Shown: positions 1 through 10,130, counted from the first letter of the stretch. The stretch is 32,000 nt of DNA from Vibrio alginolyticus NBRC 15630 = ATCC 17749 (GCF_000354175.2 NC_022359.1:1140001-1172000), one strand, 5' to 3'. Notes: generated by a model not told the origin, from the letters alone. Numbers and translations: made by a program.

Positions 1-2532
1 ACTCGTGTTGAAGAAATGCGTCTGCTCAGTGAAGAGCTAGAACAACTAACTCGTACGCAAGTTCAGAATACAAGCACCATTGCTGTTGCTAACGTCACGC
101 ATATTTATGACTTATTAGAATCGAATAAAAAATCGCAAGTTTATCAGGCGCTAGATGCACTGGTGGAGGTCGATCTTGATCTGACTGAGCGATTGCATGA
201 ACTGCACTTGTTGGCCTTTAAAATGTTGAATCAGATTGAAGAGGCTCGGACATTAACGAATATTGAGCGAATTCAACAGGTTCAAAGTGATTTCGATAGC
301 AACCTCAAAATTATGCAACGCCGTGTACTCGCTGTGGAAGATCCTACGCGCTCTAAGCAAATGAGCCAACTGCTCATAGAGCTTGGTAAGCGTCAGGTCG
401 TATTTTCTATACTGATGCAGCAATACGAGAATAACGAACAGTCACAACAACTGATGCAAAAGACATTAGAGTTGTTCTCAGAGCTGAATGGCACGGTCAA
501 CAAATTGGTTGATGATTCAAACAAAACCACTACCGTCGCTGTAGACCAATTGACCAGCACACTGAAATTCGCTCAGTGGTCTTTAACCGTTATTTCAATT
601 GTTGGTTTGATTGTATTGGTGCTGATTTTATGGCGTGTGGTGTACCTTTCTGTTGTGAAGCGGTTAGCTGAATATTCCGCTGCGTTGCTGTCTGTGGCGC
701 AGGGTAACTTAGCGGTTGAGTTGGAAGTGAAAGGCAAAGATGAGTTGGCGCATATGGGGCAGGCCATCATCACGGCTCGTAATACCGCGCAAGCACTAAA
801 AGTGGTAGCAGAGGGTGAAGCTCAAGCCAAGCGAGAGCTTGAGGAGCATAAAGAGCATTTAGAAGAGCTCGTTGAGCAGCGCACTTCGCAGTTAAAACAA
901 GCAAACCGCCGTTTGAATGAAGAGGTTTTGAATCACGCTAAAGCTCGCAAGCAAGCAGAGCAAGCGAGCCGAGCAAAATCGGCATTCTTGGCGACGATGA
1001 GCCATGAGATAAGAACGCCAATGAACGGAGTGTTGGGGACAGCACGCTTGTTGATTGACTCAGGCCTCAACCCAATTCAAAAGCGTTATGCGGAAATCAT
1101 TAATCGTAGTGGTAAAACGTTGCTCGCGATCCTTAATGATGTACTGGATTACTCCAAGATTGAAGCGGGGCATTTAGAAATTCGTCACATGGGCTTTGAT
1201 TTACACCAAATGGTGGAGGACACTTTCCAGTTAATGAACAGTCGAGCACAAGAGAAGAAGCTACTGTTCTCCTACCATATTGAAAGTGATGTTAGTCGCT
1301 ACTGGAAAGGGGATGTCACCAGAATCAGTCAGGTGCTGAACAATCTTGTTGGTAACGCGATTAAGTTCACTGACGAAGGAGAAATTGATATCTACGTTAG
1401 CCTGAACCCTGAGGACGAGTCGCAAGTCCTGTTTGAAGTATCAGACACTGGAATAGGAATTGCCAAAAAATATCAGAGAACGTTGTTTGATGCCTTCACG
1501 CAAGCTGAAGGTGGGATGAGCCAAACTGGAGGTACGGGGCTTGGACTTGCCATCAGTAAGCGAATCATTGAAGCGATGGGCGGTGTTTTAGAAGTCGATT
1601 CCGAAGAGGGAAATGGTAGCCGATTCTGGTTCTCTATTCCGTTAGAGGAAAGCGAACCTGTTGAAACAGGAACCGTGGCAACCGCACGTTGCAAAGTGAA
1701 AGCAAAGGTCTTGCTAGTAGAAGATAATGAAGTCAACCGAGTGGTCGCGGAAGGCTTTCTAGAAAGCATGGGGCATCAAGTCGTGATGGCAGAAAACGGC
1801 TCACAAGCAGAGCAACTGATCAGCACACAAGATTTTGATATCGCTTTGGTCGACATCAACCTCCCTGATTGTGATGGAACTGAGTTGATCCAACGCTTAA
1901 AGCGGATTGAGTGTAATAAGCCGGCCAATAAAGCGCTTGCTGTCACGCCAATGATTGCAGTGTCTGCACACGTTTTTGCGGAAGAAGTTGAGCGCTATCT
2001 AGCCGCTGGTTTTGACGGATACTTGCCTAAGCCATTAGCAAAAGAGGCACTCGCGGCATTGATTCAGGATGCGCTAGACGGAAAGCCGTTGTTGTTGCCA
2101 CAAAATGCCGACTGTACCCCGTTTGATCAAATTTCACCTCAAGAACAAGAGCTACAATCAAAGGTCGTTCAAGCACCCCAAAAAAAGGAACCCGATGTGG
2201 TCATCATTAATCCGAGCGTGATTGAGTCCGATATGAAAATCTTGGGCAGAGATAAGATGTTGCACATTATTAATCTGTTTAGATCCACCAGCACTGATGT
2301 ATTAAGCAAACTGCAAGCGTCTGCTGAGGACAATGATAGTAAAGAAGTAAAGAACCTTGCCCATAAATTAAAGGGCAGTGCAGGAAGTTTAGGACTAACT
2401 GCGCTAATGAACGCTTGCCAAGCAATTGAAGCCGCGGCTCAACCTTTAGATACCTATAATGCGACTAAAGATGATTTAGTTTCTCAAGTGTCTGCATCAA
2501 TTCAAGCTCTGGATGAGTTAATGGCGAAGTAA
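1..2532 (+). CDS. torS: Hybrid sensor histidine kinase TorS (TMAO sensor), 5' end cut by the window edge
   Basis: The frame is open from base 1, so the ATG at 16 is internal. The periplasmic helical region and TM/HAMP segment (LILWRVVYLSV) resemble E. coli TorS as I recall it. Motifs present: H-box SHEIRTPMNG, G1 DTGIGI, G2 GGTGLGLAIS, receiver domain (LLVEDNEVNR...DINLPDCDG) and C-terminal HPt (HKLKGSAGSLG). Confidence 0.85.
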   Translation, partial: TRVEEMRLLSEELEQLTRTQVQNTSTIAVANVTHIYDLLESNKKSQVYQALDALVEVDLDLTERLHELHLLAFKMLNQIEEARTLTNIERIQQVQSDFDSNLKIMQRRVLAVEDPTRSKQMSQLLIELGKRQVVFSILMQQYENNEQSQQLMQKTLELFSELNGTVNKLVDDSNKTTTVAVDQLTSTLKFAQWSLTVISIVGLIVLVLILWRVVYLSVVKRLAEYSAALLSVAQGNLAVELEVKGKDELAHMGQAIITARNTAQALKVVAEGEAQAKRELEEHKEHLEELVEQRTSQLKQANRRLNEEVLNHAKARKQAEQASRAKSAFLATMSHEIRTPMNGVLGTARLLIDSGLNPIQKRYAEIINRSGKTLLAILNDVLDYSKIEAGHLEIRHMGFDLHQMVEDTFQLMNSRAQEKKLLFSYHIESDVSRYWKGDVTRISQVLNNLVGNAIKFTDEGEIDIYVSLNPEDESQVLFEVSDTGIGIAKKYQRTLFDAFTQAEGGMSQTGGTGLGLAISKRIIEAMGGVLEVDSEEGNGSRFWFSIPLEESEPVETGTVATARCKVKAKVLLVEDNEVNRVVAEGFLESMGHQVVMAENGSQAEQLISTQDFDIALVDINLPDCDGTELIQRLKRIECNKPANKALAVTPMIAVSAHVFAEEVERYLAAGFDGYLPKPLAKEALAALIQDALDGKPLLLPQNADCTPFDQISPQEQELQSKVVQAPQKKEPDVVIINPSVIESDMKILGRDKMLHIINLFRSTSTDVLSKLQASAEDNDSKEVKNLAHKLKGSAGSLGLTALMNACQAIEAAAQPLDTYNATKDDLVSQVSASIQALDELMAK

Positions 2533-2551
2533 TCCATCGAGCATTGAAAAT

Positions 2552-2583
2552 AAAAAAACCTCCGGCTTTCCGGAGGTTTTTTC
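2552..2583. terminator. Bidirectional Rho-independent terminator between convergent torS and the cti unit
   Basis: Stem cctccgg (2559-2565), loop cttt, stem ccggagg (2570-2576). An A-run lies upstream and a T-run downstream, so it can work on both strands. Confidence 0.85.
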
Positions 2584-2774
2584 TATTCGGTCATGTCATC
2601 TTCCCACTCGAATCGAGTGTCTAGGGCATAAGGGTCATCATCAAAAGGATGTTCCACTTTGCCACGCAAGTATTCGAGTTGATGCTCAAGCATATTGACC
2701 GTTTCGTAGTCTCCCTCAGAACAAGCAACGTAAATCTGTTGTTCAAGAGCGGCAATGTTATCTCGGATACCCAT
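2583..2774 (-). CDS. Hypothetical small acidic protein (63 aa), coupled downstream of cti
   Basis: ATG preceded by an aaggggg SD-like motif, 18 nt after the cti stop on the same strand. It ends at the bidirectional terminator. The C-terminus is acidic (FEWEDDMTE). I recognise no family. Confidence 0.45.
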   Translation of the reverse strand: MGIRDNIAALEQQIYVACSEGDYETVNMLEHQLEYLRGKVEHPFDDDPYALDTRFEWEDDMTE

Positions 2775-2792
2775 GAGAACCCCCTTAAATCA

Positions 2793-5148
2793 TCATCGAT
2801 TCTCAAAACGATTATAGTCAAGTAATCCAAATTCGATCGGTTGTTTTGTACGGTACCAATTGTGTAAACGATCGCTAAATGACCAGAATTTTTCTGAGCT
2901 TCTACGAATCGCAAAATTATCCAATAACTTAACGTAATCGGACTCGTTTTGGATGGCACTAAATTGATCGACAAAATCTTTTACTTGGTTTTCGTTGATC
3001 GAGAAAAATGCCGCAGGGTAGCTTCCCACAACGCCGCGTACAATGGTCATGTCATCGTTAGCAAAGTCACGGTTACTTTCTTCATCAAACAAGCTAGAGA
3101 TGTTTGTGTGTGCATTGTTGTGAAGTAAGGTGAACAGTTCATCTTCCCCTGATTTACTTCTCACCATAAGCATAGTGATTTGCGGAACGGTTTTTCAGGC
3201 CTTCACCACGAACGTGGTCAATACGTTTTAGTTGCTTTTCACTACTCGCAGAAAGAGCCGTGTCTTGAATTTCGTAGCGAGGCAGAAGCACATCTGAGAC
3301 ATGTTCTCTCAACAACTCCACCAACTCCGTTTTTGGATCATCACTCTTATACTGAACGCTGGTTGGTTGGTTAAACGGCTTCACATTTCGTTGTAAAAAG
3401 TCACTCAGCTGCGGGCTTTGATCTTTATACCAGCTAGATTGAAGTTCATGGCGCATATCGGCGGGTAACAACGAGATAAAGTTACTTTCGCCTTCTAGAC
3501 GCAAGAAATCCATAAACATTCGTGTCATGAGCTGGTGGCCGAAGTTACCGTAAACGTCAAACCCAGCAACAAGCAAATAGTGGATACGCTCTAGTAGCGC
3601 GTAGTCAAGAATCCACACTGTTTTAGGCTGCTCACCAACTAACCCTTGAACAACAGAAGCACTATCAAAATGGCGGAATATCGTTAATGCCGCATTATGG
3701 TTGGTGCCATTACCGTCCCAAATTACATCAGTGGATAGGTTTTCACCTTCTTTAAACCAGTTATTAGTGAACTCAGATTTAGCCTCTAGGTAGCGAGCTT
3801 GCTGGCGCGCGTACTTGACCCAGTTGGTAACAGGTAGCGTGTTACTTTCTTGTTCTGCCGGTAGTTTTAGGTTATCAGCCTGAGATCGGTAAAACTCATT
3901 TACTTCTGGGATGTCTGCTTTATCTGGATCAAGGAAAAACACCCAAAAGCGATCATTGATAACATTCAATGCCAGTTGGCCACGACAAACTGGGCCTTTG
4001 ATGTATGCCATTATTGTATTTTGTGCATTATCTAGCATGAACTTAAAGCGCGACTTCACTGGAAGGTCGATGAATGATGTCATCGGGTTTGCAGCAACTT
4101 CTGGTTCATAACTCGGTAGCTGACTAACCATGTAATCAGCATCAATAAACCAAGTTTTCCAGTTCTCTATGCGTTGCTTGTTTAACGCGAATGGCATGTG
4201 AGTTTTATCTACGATGGTCCCTTGCTCTGGAATAATTCGATAAAACACACGTTCAACCCCTGGATCATCGTACGGGCGACGCGTTGAAATACGTTTGACG
4301 GGCTGTCCTGGTGGTGTAGCAGAGCGGACGAGCGTGAAGAATCGGGGATCTTCATCGAGTTCCGAAAAGTAGAGATGAGATAAAAACAAATGCTCATATA
4401 TATACCTAGCCATCAGCTGATTTTTCAAATCAGAGTGGTTAAGTAATGCTTCGTACTTATCTATTTGCGCTTGCTCTTTCTCACTAACAGGTCGGTGAAC
4501 GTTCATTATTGCGCCGTTTTCCAACCAAGTCATGAGTGTGTGGTATTCACTGTTTGATAGGTTTGGCATACCAAAAGGCATTCCCCAGGTCGGGTTATCC
4601 TTTTCGTATTGCTCGTATTCTTCAATCGTTGGACAGGTTTGCTCTCGGTCTATCGAAAAGTCAAAGCCTTCTAACTGGACTTGGTCAGGCAATGGGTGGC
4701 GCTCTTTTTGTTGTAGCAAACGTGCGATAAGGCCTGCATCAATGTTGGCTGCCATGCTTTGATCACGTTCGTTGAGAACCGGATGAAAACCCGCATCGCG
4801 CCACTCTTGGGTTGTTTCTGCATCTTCGAATAAGCGTGTTGGTGCTGCGGCTGTGAGTCTTGTTCCTTCATATACCAGTGCTTTACTCGCACCACGGTCA
4901 ATGCCTTCAACAGAAGAGAGCTTAAGCTGACATGGTGCATCGTAGCACGCGTGGCAGACGACACAGCGGTTATCCATAATGGGTTTAACTTCGCTTTGGA
5001 AGAAGTTTGCTTGAGGGGTTTCCACGTCAACTGTGCGTTCACGCACGAGCTGTGGACCAAACAGTTGGTCATAGTTAAGACCAGCATAGGTTGCACAGCC
5101 GGCAAACAAAGTAGCAATGCAAAGTGTAAAAATTAAGCGCAAATTCAT
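2793..5148 (-). pseudogene. cti: Fatty acid cis/trans isomerase (Cti), split into two overlapping ORFs (3154..5148 and 2793..3173) by a frameshift
   Basis: The 664-aa ORF has a lipobox-like signal (LFAGC) and the cytochrome-c type CXXCH motif (CVVCH) typical of Cti. The 126-aa ORF continues in another frame and overlaps by 20 nt. Together they total about 785 aa, the normal Cti length. The shift must lie in 3154-3194, which includes most of an A5 run (T5 at 3191-3195 on +). Confidence 0.8.
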
Positions 5149-5228
5149 TGAGTTATTTTACGTGATTCGAATTTGCATTAATTAAAGCAAAATAAGCGGT
5201 CAATTACCAAAAGTTGGGCCAATTAGCG

Positions 5229-5615
5229 TTAATTTTTCTGTTGATTGTCTGAGCGCTTGAAAATGTAACCCTGGCGGTGGACTGTCTGAATTCTGTCTGT
5301 TGGAACGCCTTCGTGAACTAGACGCTTTCTCATTCTGCTCATGTGCATATCGAGTGCTCGATCATGTTCAGTAAATTCACGTTTTAGTACTGTTTCGTAA
5401 AGAAAATGCTTACTTAGTACTTGATCTTGATGGTGAGTGAGAGTTTGCAGCAGCTTAAATTGAATGCTTGTTAACTGAACAGATTTCTTGTTTGGCAAGT
5501 AATTGAGTACCACAGAGTGAGTGCGCTTATCTAGTAATAGCTCCTCATCATTATGGTGAACGCCGTTGTGTTGGCATTGGTAAGTTTTTCCATTTGAAAC
5601 CTTGGAGTCAAGCAC
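5229..5615 (-). CDS. Stand-alone OmpR/PhoB-type winged-helix DNA-binding protein (no receiver domain, no TM segment)
   Basis: Residues about 25-120 fit the Trans_reg_C pattern (LLLD...V.LT..QFKLLQTL....QVLSK..L...V....F.....RALDMHMSRMRKRL.......IQTVHRQGYIF). The only in-frame starts near the 5' end are GTG/TTG (GTG at 5615). It lies 80 bp upstream of cti on the same strand and is divergent from sulfatase 1. Confidence 0.65.
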   Translation of the reverse strand: MLDSKVSNGKTYQCQHNGVHHNDEELLLDKRTHSVVLNYLPNKKSVQLTSIQFKLLQTLTHHQDQVLSKHFLYETVLKREFTEHDRALDMHMSRMRKRLVHEGVPTDRIQTVHRQGYIFKRSDNQQKN

Positions 5616-5921
5616 ACGGGTACCTTAATTATTAATAGTAGTAAAACGTATTATCATTAATATTTATATAAAAGCAATCAGGTACTTTATGGGCACTGTG
5701 ATATGCGTAGACAATCTTAATATTTGAGATTAACAGTAGTGATGAATGGTGCGATGGCGCTCTGAACTAAAGTGCTATTGGAGTGCGTATTAGCTACAAA
5801 TAACGGTGTAATGTTAGGCGAAGATAGAAAGAATTCTCATTTAGTAAATTCGCTTATCCGCTATTTGTGAACTATACATTCTGTTGCAGGAAGCACTTTT
5901 CTAATACACACAGAGGTTTAT

Positions 5922-7469
5922 ATGACAGCGAAATATGGCGTTAAACGCCGATTAGCGATTCTTGCCGCCGCTTTAATCGGTGCGACAAGTAGCAGTATCG
6001 CAGCAGAGAAACCAAATATTCTCGTCATTTGGGGTGATGATATTGGCCAGTCCAATCTCAGTGCTTACACGTTTGGCTTGATGGGGTACAAAACACCAAA
6101 TATAGACAGTATCGCCAAAGAAGGCATGATGTTCACTGACTATTACGGTGAGCAATCTTGTACAGCGGGCCGTTCTACTTTCATTACGGGCCAAACCGTT
6201 CTTAGAACAGGTTTGAGTAAAGTGGGGCTTCCAGGTGCTGATCTTGGCTTGAAGGAAGAGGACGCAACCATTGCCGAAATGCTGAAGCCGATGGGCTATA
6301 TGACAGGGCAATTTGGTAAAAACCACTTAGGTGATAAAGATGAGCACCTTCCTACTAATCACGGCTTCGATGAATTTTTTGGCAACCTTTATCACTTGAA
6401 CGCCGAGGAGGAGCCAGAAAACGTCGATTATCCTAAAGATCCTGAGTTTCGTAAAAAGTTCGGTCCGCGCGGCGTTATCCGTTCGTACGCTGATGGCAAA
6501 ATTGAGGATACAGGACCTCTAACCCGCAAGCGCATGGAAACCGTGGATGAAGAGACGTTAGATGCGGCACTCGACTTTATGGATCGTGCAGTCAAGGCTG
6601 AAAAACCTTTCTTTGTCTGGTGGAACGCAACTCGTATGCACTTCCGTACTCATGTGAAAGAAGAGAACTCTGGAAAAACAGGCATCAGCGAGTATGCAGA
6701 TGGTATGGTCGAGCATGATAATCATGTAGGTCAGCTGCTGAAAAAAGTGGATGATTTGGGTATTAAAGACAACACAATCGTCTTTTACTCCACCGATAAT
6801 GGCCCACACATGAACTCGTGGCCAGATGCAGGCACAACGCCATTCCGTGGAGAGAAAAATACCAACTGGGAAGGTGCGTACCGAGTTCCTGCGATGGTAC
6901 GTTGGCCGGGTAAAATTAAAGCTGGCTCTGTTTCGAATGATATCATGCATCACATGGACTGGATGCCAACGTTCGTTGCTGCCGCGGGTGATGACAATAT
7001 CAAAGAGAAATTGCTCAAAGGTTATAGTGCGAATGGTAAGAAATTCAAAGTTCACCTAGACGGCTATAACTTCCTACCATATTTGACTGGTAAAGAGGAT
7101 AAGGCCCCACGTGAAGAAATTTTTTACTTCTCAGATGATGGAGACTTAACTGCACTTCGTTATAACAAATGGAAGCTGGTCTTTATGGAGCAACGAGCAA
7201 AAGGCACGTTGCGTATTTGGGCTGAACCATTCACCACACTTCGTGTTCCTAAGATCTTCAACTTGCGTATGGATCCTTACGAAGTGGCTGATATCACTTC
7301 TAACACTTACTATGATTGGATGCTAGACCGTGCTTACATGCTTGTTCCTGCGCAAGCTTACGTTGGCAGATTCCTTGAAACGTTTAAAGAGTTCCCACCA
7401 AGGCAAAAAGCAGCAAGCTTCTCGCTCGATCAAGTGATGGAGAAACTAAAAGAGAACCCAAATAAGTAA
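5922..7469 (+). CDS. Sulfatase (arylsulfatase family), Cys-type, with a twin-arginine-like signal peptide
   Basis: Formylglycine motif SCTAGRSTFITG, with Cys80 encoded by tgt at 6159-6161. The N-terminal metal-binding region VIWGDDIG is present. The signal peptide is KRRLAILAAALIGATSSSIAA. SD gaggt lies upstream. Confidence 0.9.
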   Translation: MTAKYGVKRRLAILAAALIGATSSSIAAEKPNILVIWGDDIGQSNLSAYTFGLMGYKTPNIDSIAKEGMMFTDYYGEQSCTAGRSTFITGQTVLRTGLSKVGLPGADLGLKEEDATIAEMLKPMGYMTGQFGKNHLGDKDEHLPTNHGFDEFFGNLYHLNAEEEPENVDYPKDPEFRKKFGPRGVIRSYADGKIEDTGPLTRKRMETVDEETLDAALDFMDRAVKAEKPFFVWWNATRMHFRTHVKEENSGKTGISEYADGMVEHDNHVGQLLKKVDDLGIKDNTIVFYSTDNGPHMNSWPDAGTTPFRGEKNTNWEGAYRVPAMVRWPGKIKAGSVSNDIMHHMDWMPTFVAAAGDDNIKEKLLKGYSANGKKFKVHLDGYNFLPYLTGKEDKAPREEIFYFSDDGDLTALRYNKWKLVFMEQRAKGTLRIWAEPFTTLRVPKIFNLRMDPYEVADITSNTYYDWMLDRAYMLVPAQAYVGRFLETFKEFPPRQKAASFSLDQVMEKLKENPNK

Positions 7470-7498
7470 GAAAAGCTAAGTGAAGTTCCACATCTAGA

Positions 7499-7529
7499 AA
7501 GAGGCTCATTAACGTGAGCCTCTTTTTTT
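7499..7529 (+). terminator. Rho-independent terminator of sulfatase 1
   Basis: Stem gaggctca (7501-7508) pairs with tgagcctc (7515-7522), followed by T7 (7523-7529). Confidence 0.8.
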
Positions 7530-7604
7530 ATCTGTAAAATTCTATCTATTAAGGTTTGTAGAAAGCTTGATGACGAAAACGCCTAACGCTTCAATTGACA
7601 AGAT

Positions 7605-8474
7605 TTATAAACAAATTGGTTCGTAGTGGGCTGCCGTTAAGTTGGCTTTGATTTTTTCACGTAGAGCGATGTGGGCTGGGTTGTTTACCTCTCGCTTATG
7701 GTAAACGAACTTGTAAGGGATAGAGCGTATCGAAATGGGGCAGGGCAAAATTTGAAGTTTGAGCGCTTTGCTCCACTTGTTTGCAAAAGATTGAGACACG
7801 ATCCCTAAACTGTCTCTTTGGGCGACATACAGCGCCATGCCCGCTAGCGAAGATGTGATCAAGTCGACTTTTCTTTCTTGAATTGTTTCCTTTGCTAGTT
7901 GCTCGAACCCCGACATGTTGTTCCATTTTCCTGAAAATAAACAGTGAGTTTCCTCATAAAATTGCTCTTTTGTGAGCGTGCCGTGTACACGGGGATGGTT
8001 CTCACGACAGATAACCACGGCTTCTTCCTCATAGGCATCTTCAATAATAAACGCTGCATCTTTCGTGATCACCGTATCGATTACTAGATCGACTTTTTGT
8101 TGTCTTAACAGCTCAAATAATAGGAATTTTTCGGGTGGTGATTCATAAAAAATAGTGTTCTTTATCGGGTCCATAATGTGCAACAAAATTTCCGAACAAC
8201 ACACTTCAAAATGATTTCTATCAGATATCGCATTGTCAATAATACTAACCGCTTGCTGGAATTGCGGCAGTAATTGATAAGCGGTGGAGGTTAGTGCGAT
8301 ACCTCGTCCTTTTTTAACGAATAATTGCTTATCTACGACTTGCTCTAAACGCTTTATTGCAGCGCTCACAGCAGGTTGTGTAAGCCCTAATTGTTCCGCG
8401 GCTTTTGTATAAGATTGAAACTCCGCAACAACAAGAAAAGTTTGGATCAAATTCAAGTCCATAACGTCACTCAT
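7605..8474 (-). CDS. LysR-family transcriptional regulator
   Basis: N-terminal HTH (LNLIQTFLVVAEFQSYTKAAEQLGLTQPAVSAAIKRLE) followed by a substrate-binding-type domain. It is divergent from sulfatase 2. Confidence 0.9.
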   Translation of the reverse strand: MSDVMDLNLIQTFLVVAEFQSYTKAAEQLGLTQPAVSAAIKRLEQVVDKQLFVKKGRGIALTSTAYQLLPQFQQAVSIIDNAISDRNHFEVCCSEILLHIMDPIKNTIFYESPPEKFLLFELLRQQKVDLVIDTVITKDAAFIIEDAYEEEAVVICRENHPRVHGTLTKEQFYEETHCLFSGKWNNMSGFEQLAKETIQERKVDLITSSLAGMALYVAQRDSLGIVSQSFANKWSKALKLQILPCPISIRSIPYKFVYHKREVNNPAHIALREKIKANLTAAHYEPICL

Positions 8475-8549
8475 AAATTTAATTTATAGGTTAACTAATT
8501 TTGACTGCATTTATCGCCTGAAATTAGTGCTTTATCTTATATCAACAAT

Positions 8550-8577
8550 GGTATTGAAAAGCGAATACCGTTTTTTA
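8550..8577 (+). promoter_or_regulatory. Dyad in the LysR/sulfatase-2 divergent region (candidate LysR T-N11-A box or weak leader hairpin plus T-run)
   Basis: ggtatt (8550-8555), 8-nt spacer, aatacc (8564-8569), then gTTTTTT. It contains T-N11-A. A 6-bp arm is only weakly significant in 130 bp. Confidence 0.2.
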
Positions 8578-8603
8578 CGCACTAGCGAACTCTTGGAGAT
8601 AAT

Positions 8604-10130
8604 ATGAAAAATGCGACCAAAACGAGCAGTAAAAAACTCGTACTTAACGCATGTACGTTAGCTTTGGGCGCTGCATCTGCAGTTGCACATGCAGCGGACA
8701 AACCCAACATTCTTGTCATCTTTGGTGATGATGTTGGTTACTGGAACCTTAGTACCTATAACCAAGGCATGATGGCGTACAACACGCCAAACATCGATAG
8801 CATTGCTAAAGAAGGTGCGAAGTTCACTAACTTCTACGCACAGCAAAGCTCGACAGCAGGCCGTTCTGCATTCATCACTGGTCAAATGCCAAAACGTACA
8901 GGTCTATCAAAAGTGGGCTTACCAGGCGCTCCGGAAGGTATCTCGGAAAAAGATCCGACGATTGCAACCGTGCTTAAACAAATGGGTTACGCAACCGGAC
9001 AATTTGGTAAGAACCATTTAGGTGACCGAGACGAGCATCTTCCTACCAACCACGGTTTTGATGAATTCTTCGGCAACCTATACCACTTGAACGCAGAAGA
9101 AGAGCCAGAGAACGTGGATTACCCTAAAGATCCGGAGTTCAAGAAGAAATTTGGCCCTCGTGGCGTTATCCATTCTTACGCTGACGGCAAAATCGAAGAT
9201 ACCGGTCCACTAACGCGTAAGCGTATGGAAAATGTTGATGGTGAGTTTCTTGATGCCGCAGAGAGCTTCATAGAAAAGCAAGTAAAAGCGGACAAGCCGT
9301 TCTTTACTTGGTTTAACACCACTCGCATGCACAACTTCACACATGTTCCTGAAGAATACCAAGGTAAAACAGGTGCCGGTTTCTACGCGGATGGTGTTAA
9401 GCAGCACGATGACCAAATCGGTCAGCTACTTAACAAGATCAAAGAGTTAGGTGTGGATGACAATACAATCATTGTTTACACCACTGACAACGGCCCTATG
9501 GTGGATTTGTGGCCGGATGCAGGGATGACACCGTTCCGCTCAGAGAAAAACACTGGCTGGGAAGGGAGTTTCCGTGTGCCAATGTTGATTAAATGGCCTG
9601 GAAAAATTGAGGCAGGTAAAACATTCAACGGCATGATGTCATTAGAGGACTTTTTCCCGACACTAGTTGCTGCGGCAGGTGATACCAAAGTTAAAGACGA
9701 ACTGCTAAAAGGCAAAAAAGTTGGCGATATGGACTACAAAGTTCACCTAGACGGTTACAACCAACTGCCATATTTAACGGGTAAGTCAGACAAATCCGCA
9801 CGAAATGAGTTCGTTTACTGGAGCGACGACGGCGATCTTGTGGCATTGCGCCAAGGAAAGTACAAGTTCCACTTTATGATTCAAGAGAATGAAACGGGTA
9901 TGGATGTATGGCGTAAGCCGTTCACTAAACTTCGTGTGCCACTGATCTTTGACTTGAGCATTGATCCATTTGAACGAGGCGATCAAGGCATGGGTTATTC
10001 TCGTTGGATGTACGAGCGTTCATTCTTAATGATGCCAGCAATGGATACAGTGAAAGAGGTGATGGGTACATTCAAAGAATTCCCGCCTCGTATGGAAGCA
10101 GGTTCGTTCGTACCTAAGTCTTCTAAGTAA
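8604..10130 (+). CDS. Sulfatase (arylsulfatase family), Ser-type paralog of 5922..7469, Sec-type signal peptide
   Basis: Formylglycine motif SSTAGRSAFITG, with Ser83 encoded by tcg at 8850-8852. Signal peptide KKLVLNACTLALGAASAVAHA has no RR. It aligns along its length with sulfatase 1, including a near-identical central block of about 80 aa. Confidence 0.9.
   Translation: MKNATKTSSKKLVLNACTLALGAASAVAHAADKPNILVIFGDDVGYWNLSTYNQGMMAYNTPNIDSIAKEGAKFTNFYAQQSSTAGRSAFITGQMPKRTGLSKVGLPGAPEGISEKDPTIATVLKQMGYATGQFGKNHLGDRDEHLPTNHGFDEFFGNLYHLNAEEEPENVDYPKDPEFKKKFGPRGVIHSYADGKIEDTGPLTRKRMENVDGEFLDAAESFIEKQVKADKPFFTWFNTTRMHNFTHVPEEYQGKTGAGFYADGVKQHDDQIGQLLNKIKELGVDDNTIIVYTTDNGPMVDLWPDAGMTPFRSEKNTGWEGSFRVPMLIKWPGKIEAGKTFNGMMSLEDFFPTLVAAAGDTKVKDELLKGKKVGDMDYKVHLDGYNQLPYLTGKSDKSARNEFVYWSDDGDLVALRQGKYKFHFMIQENETGMDVWRKPFTKLRVPLIFDLSIDPFERGDQGMGYSRWMYERSFLMMPAMDTVKEVMGTFKEFPPRMEAGSFVPKSSK

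Noticed and set aside
4671-5117. Long ORFs overlapping real genes in another frame or on the opposite strand. Examples: 4671..5117 (-), 6558..7055 (-), 10298..10750 (-), 14588..14971 (-), 19225..19653 (-), 26564..26911 (+), 28322..28618 (-).
   Set aside because: Each lies fully inside a gene with clear family motifs. They have low-complexity, Ser/Thr/Cys/Arg-rich translations, no SD-plus-start context that I could see, and no recognisable domain. I treat them as shadow ORFs.
5657-5725. Direct repeat TTAATATTT at 5657-5665 and 5717-5725, exactly 60 bp apart, in the wHTH/sulfatase-1 divergent region.
   Set aside because: In a region of about 300 bp that is about 70% AT, a rough estimate gives several chance 9-mer repeats. 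It is not distinguishable from background without comparative data.
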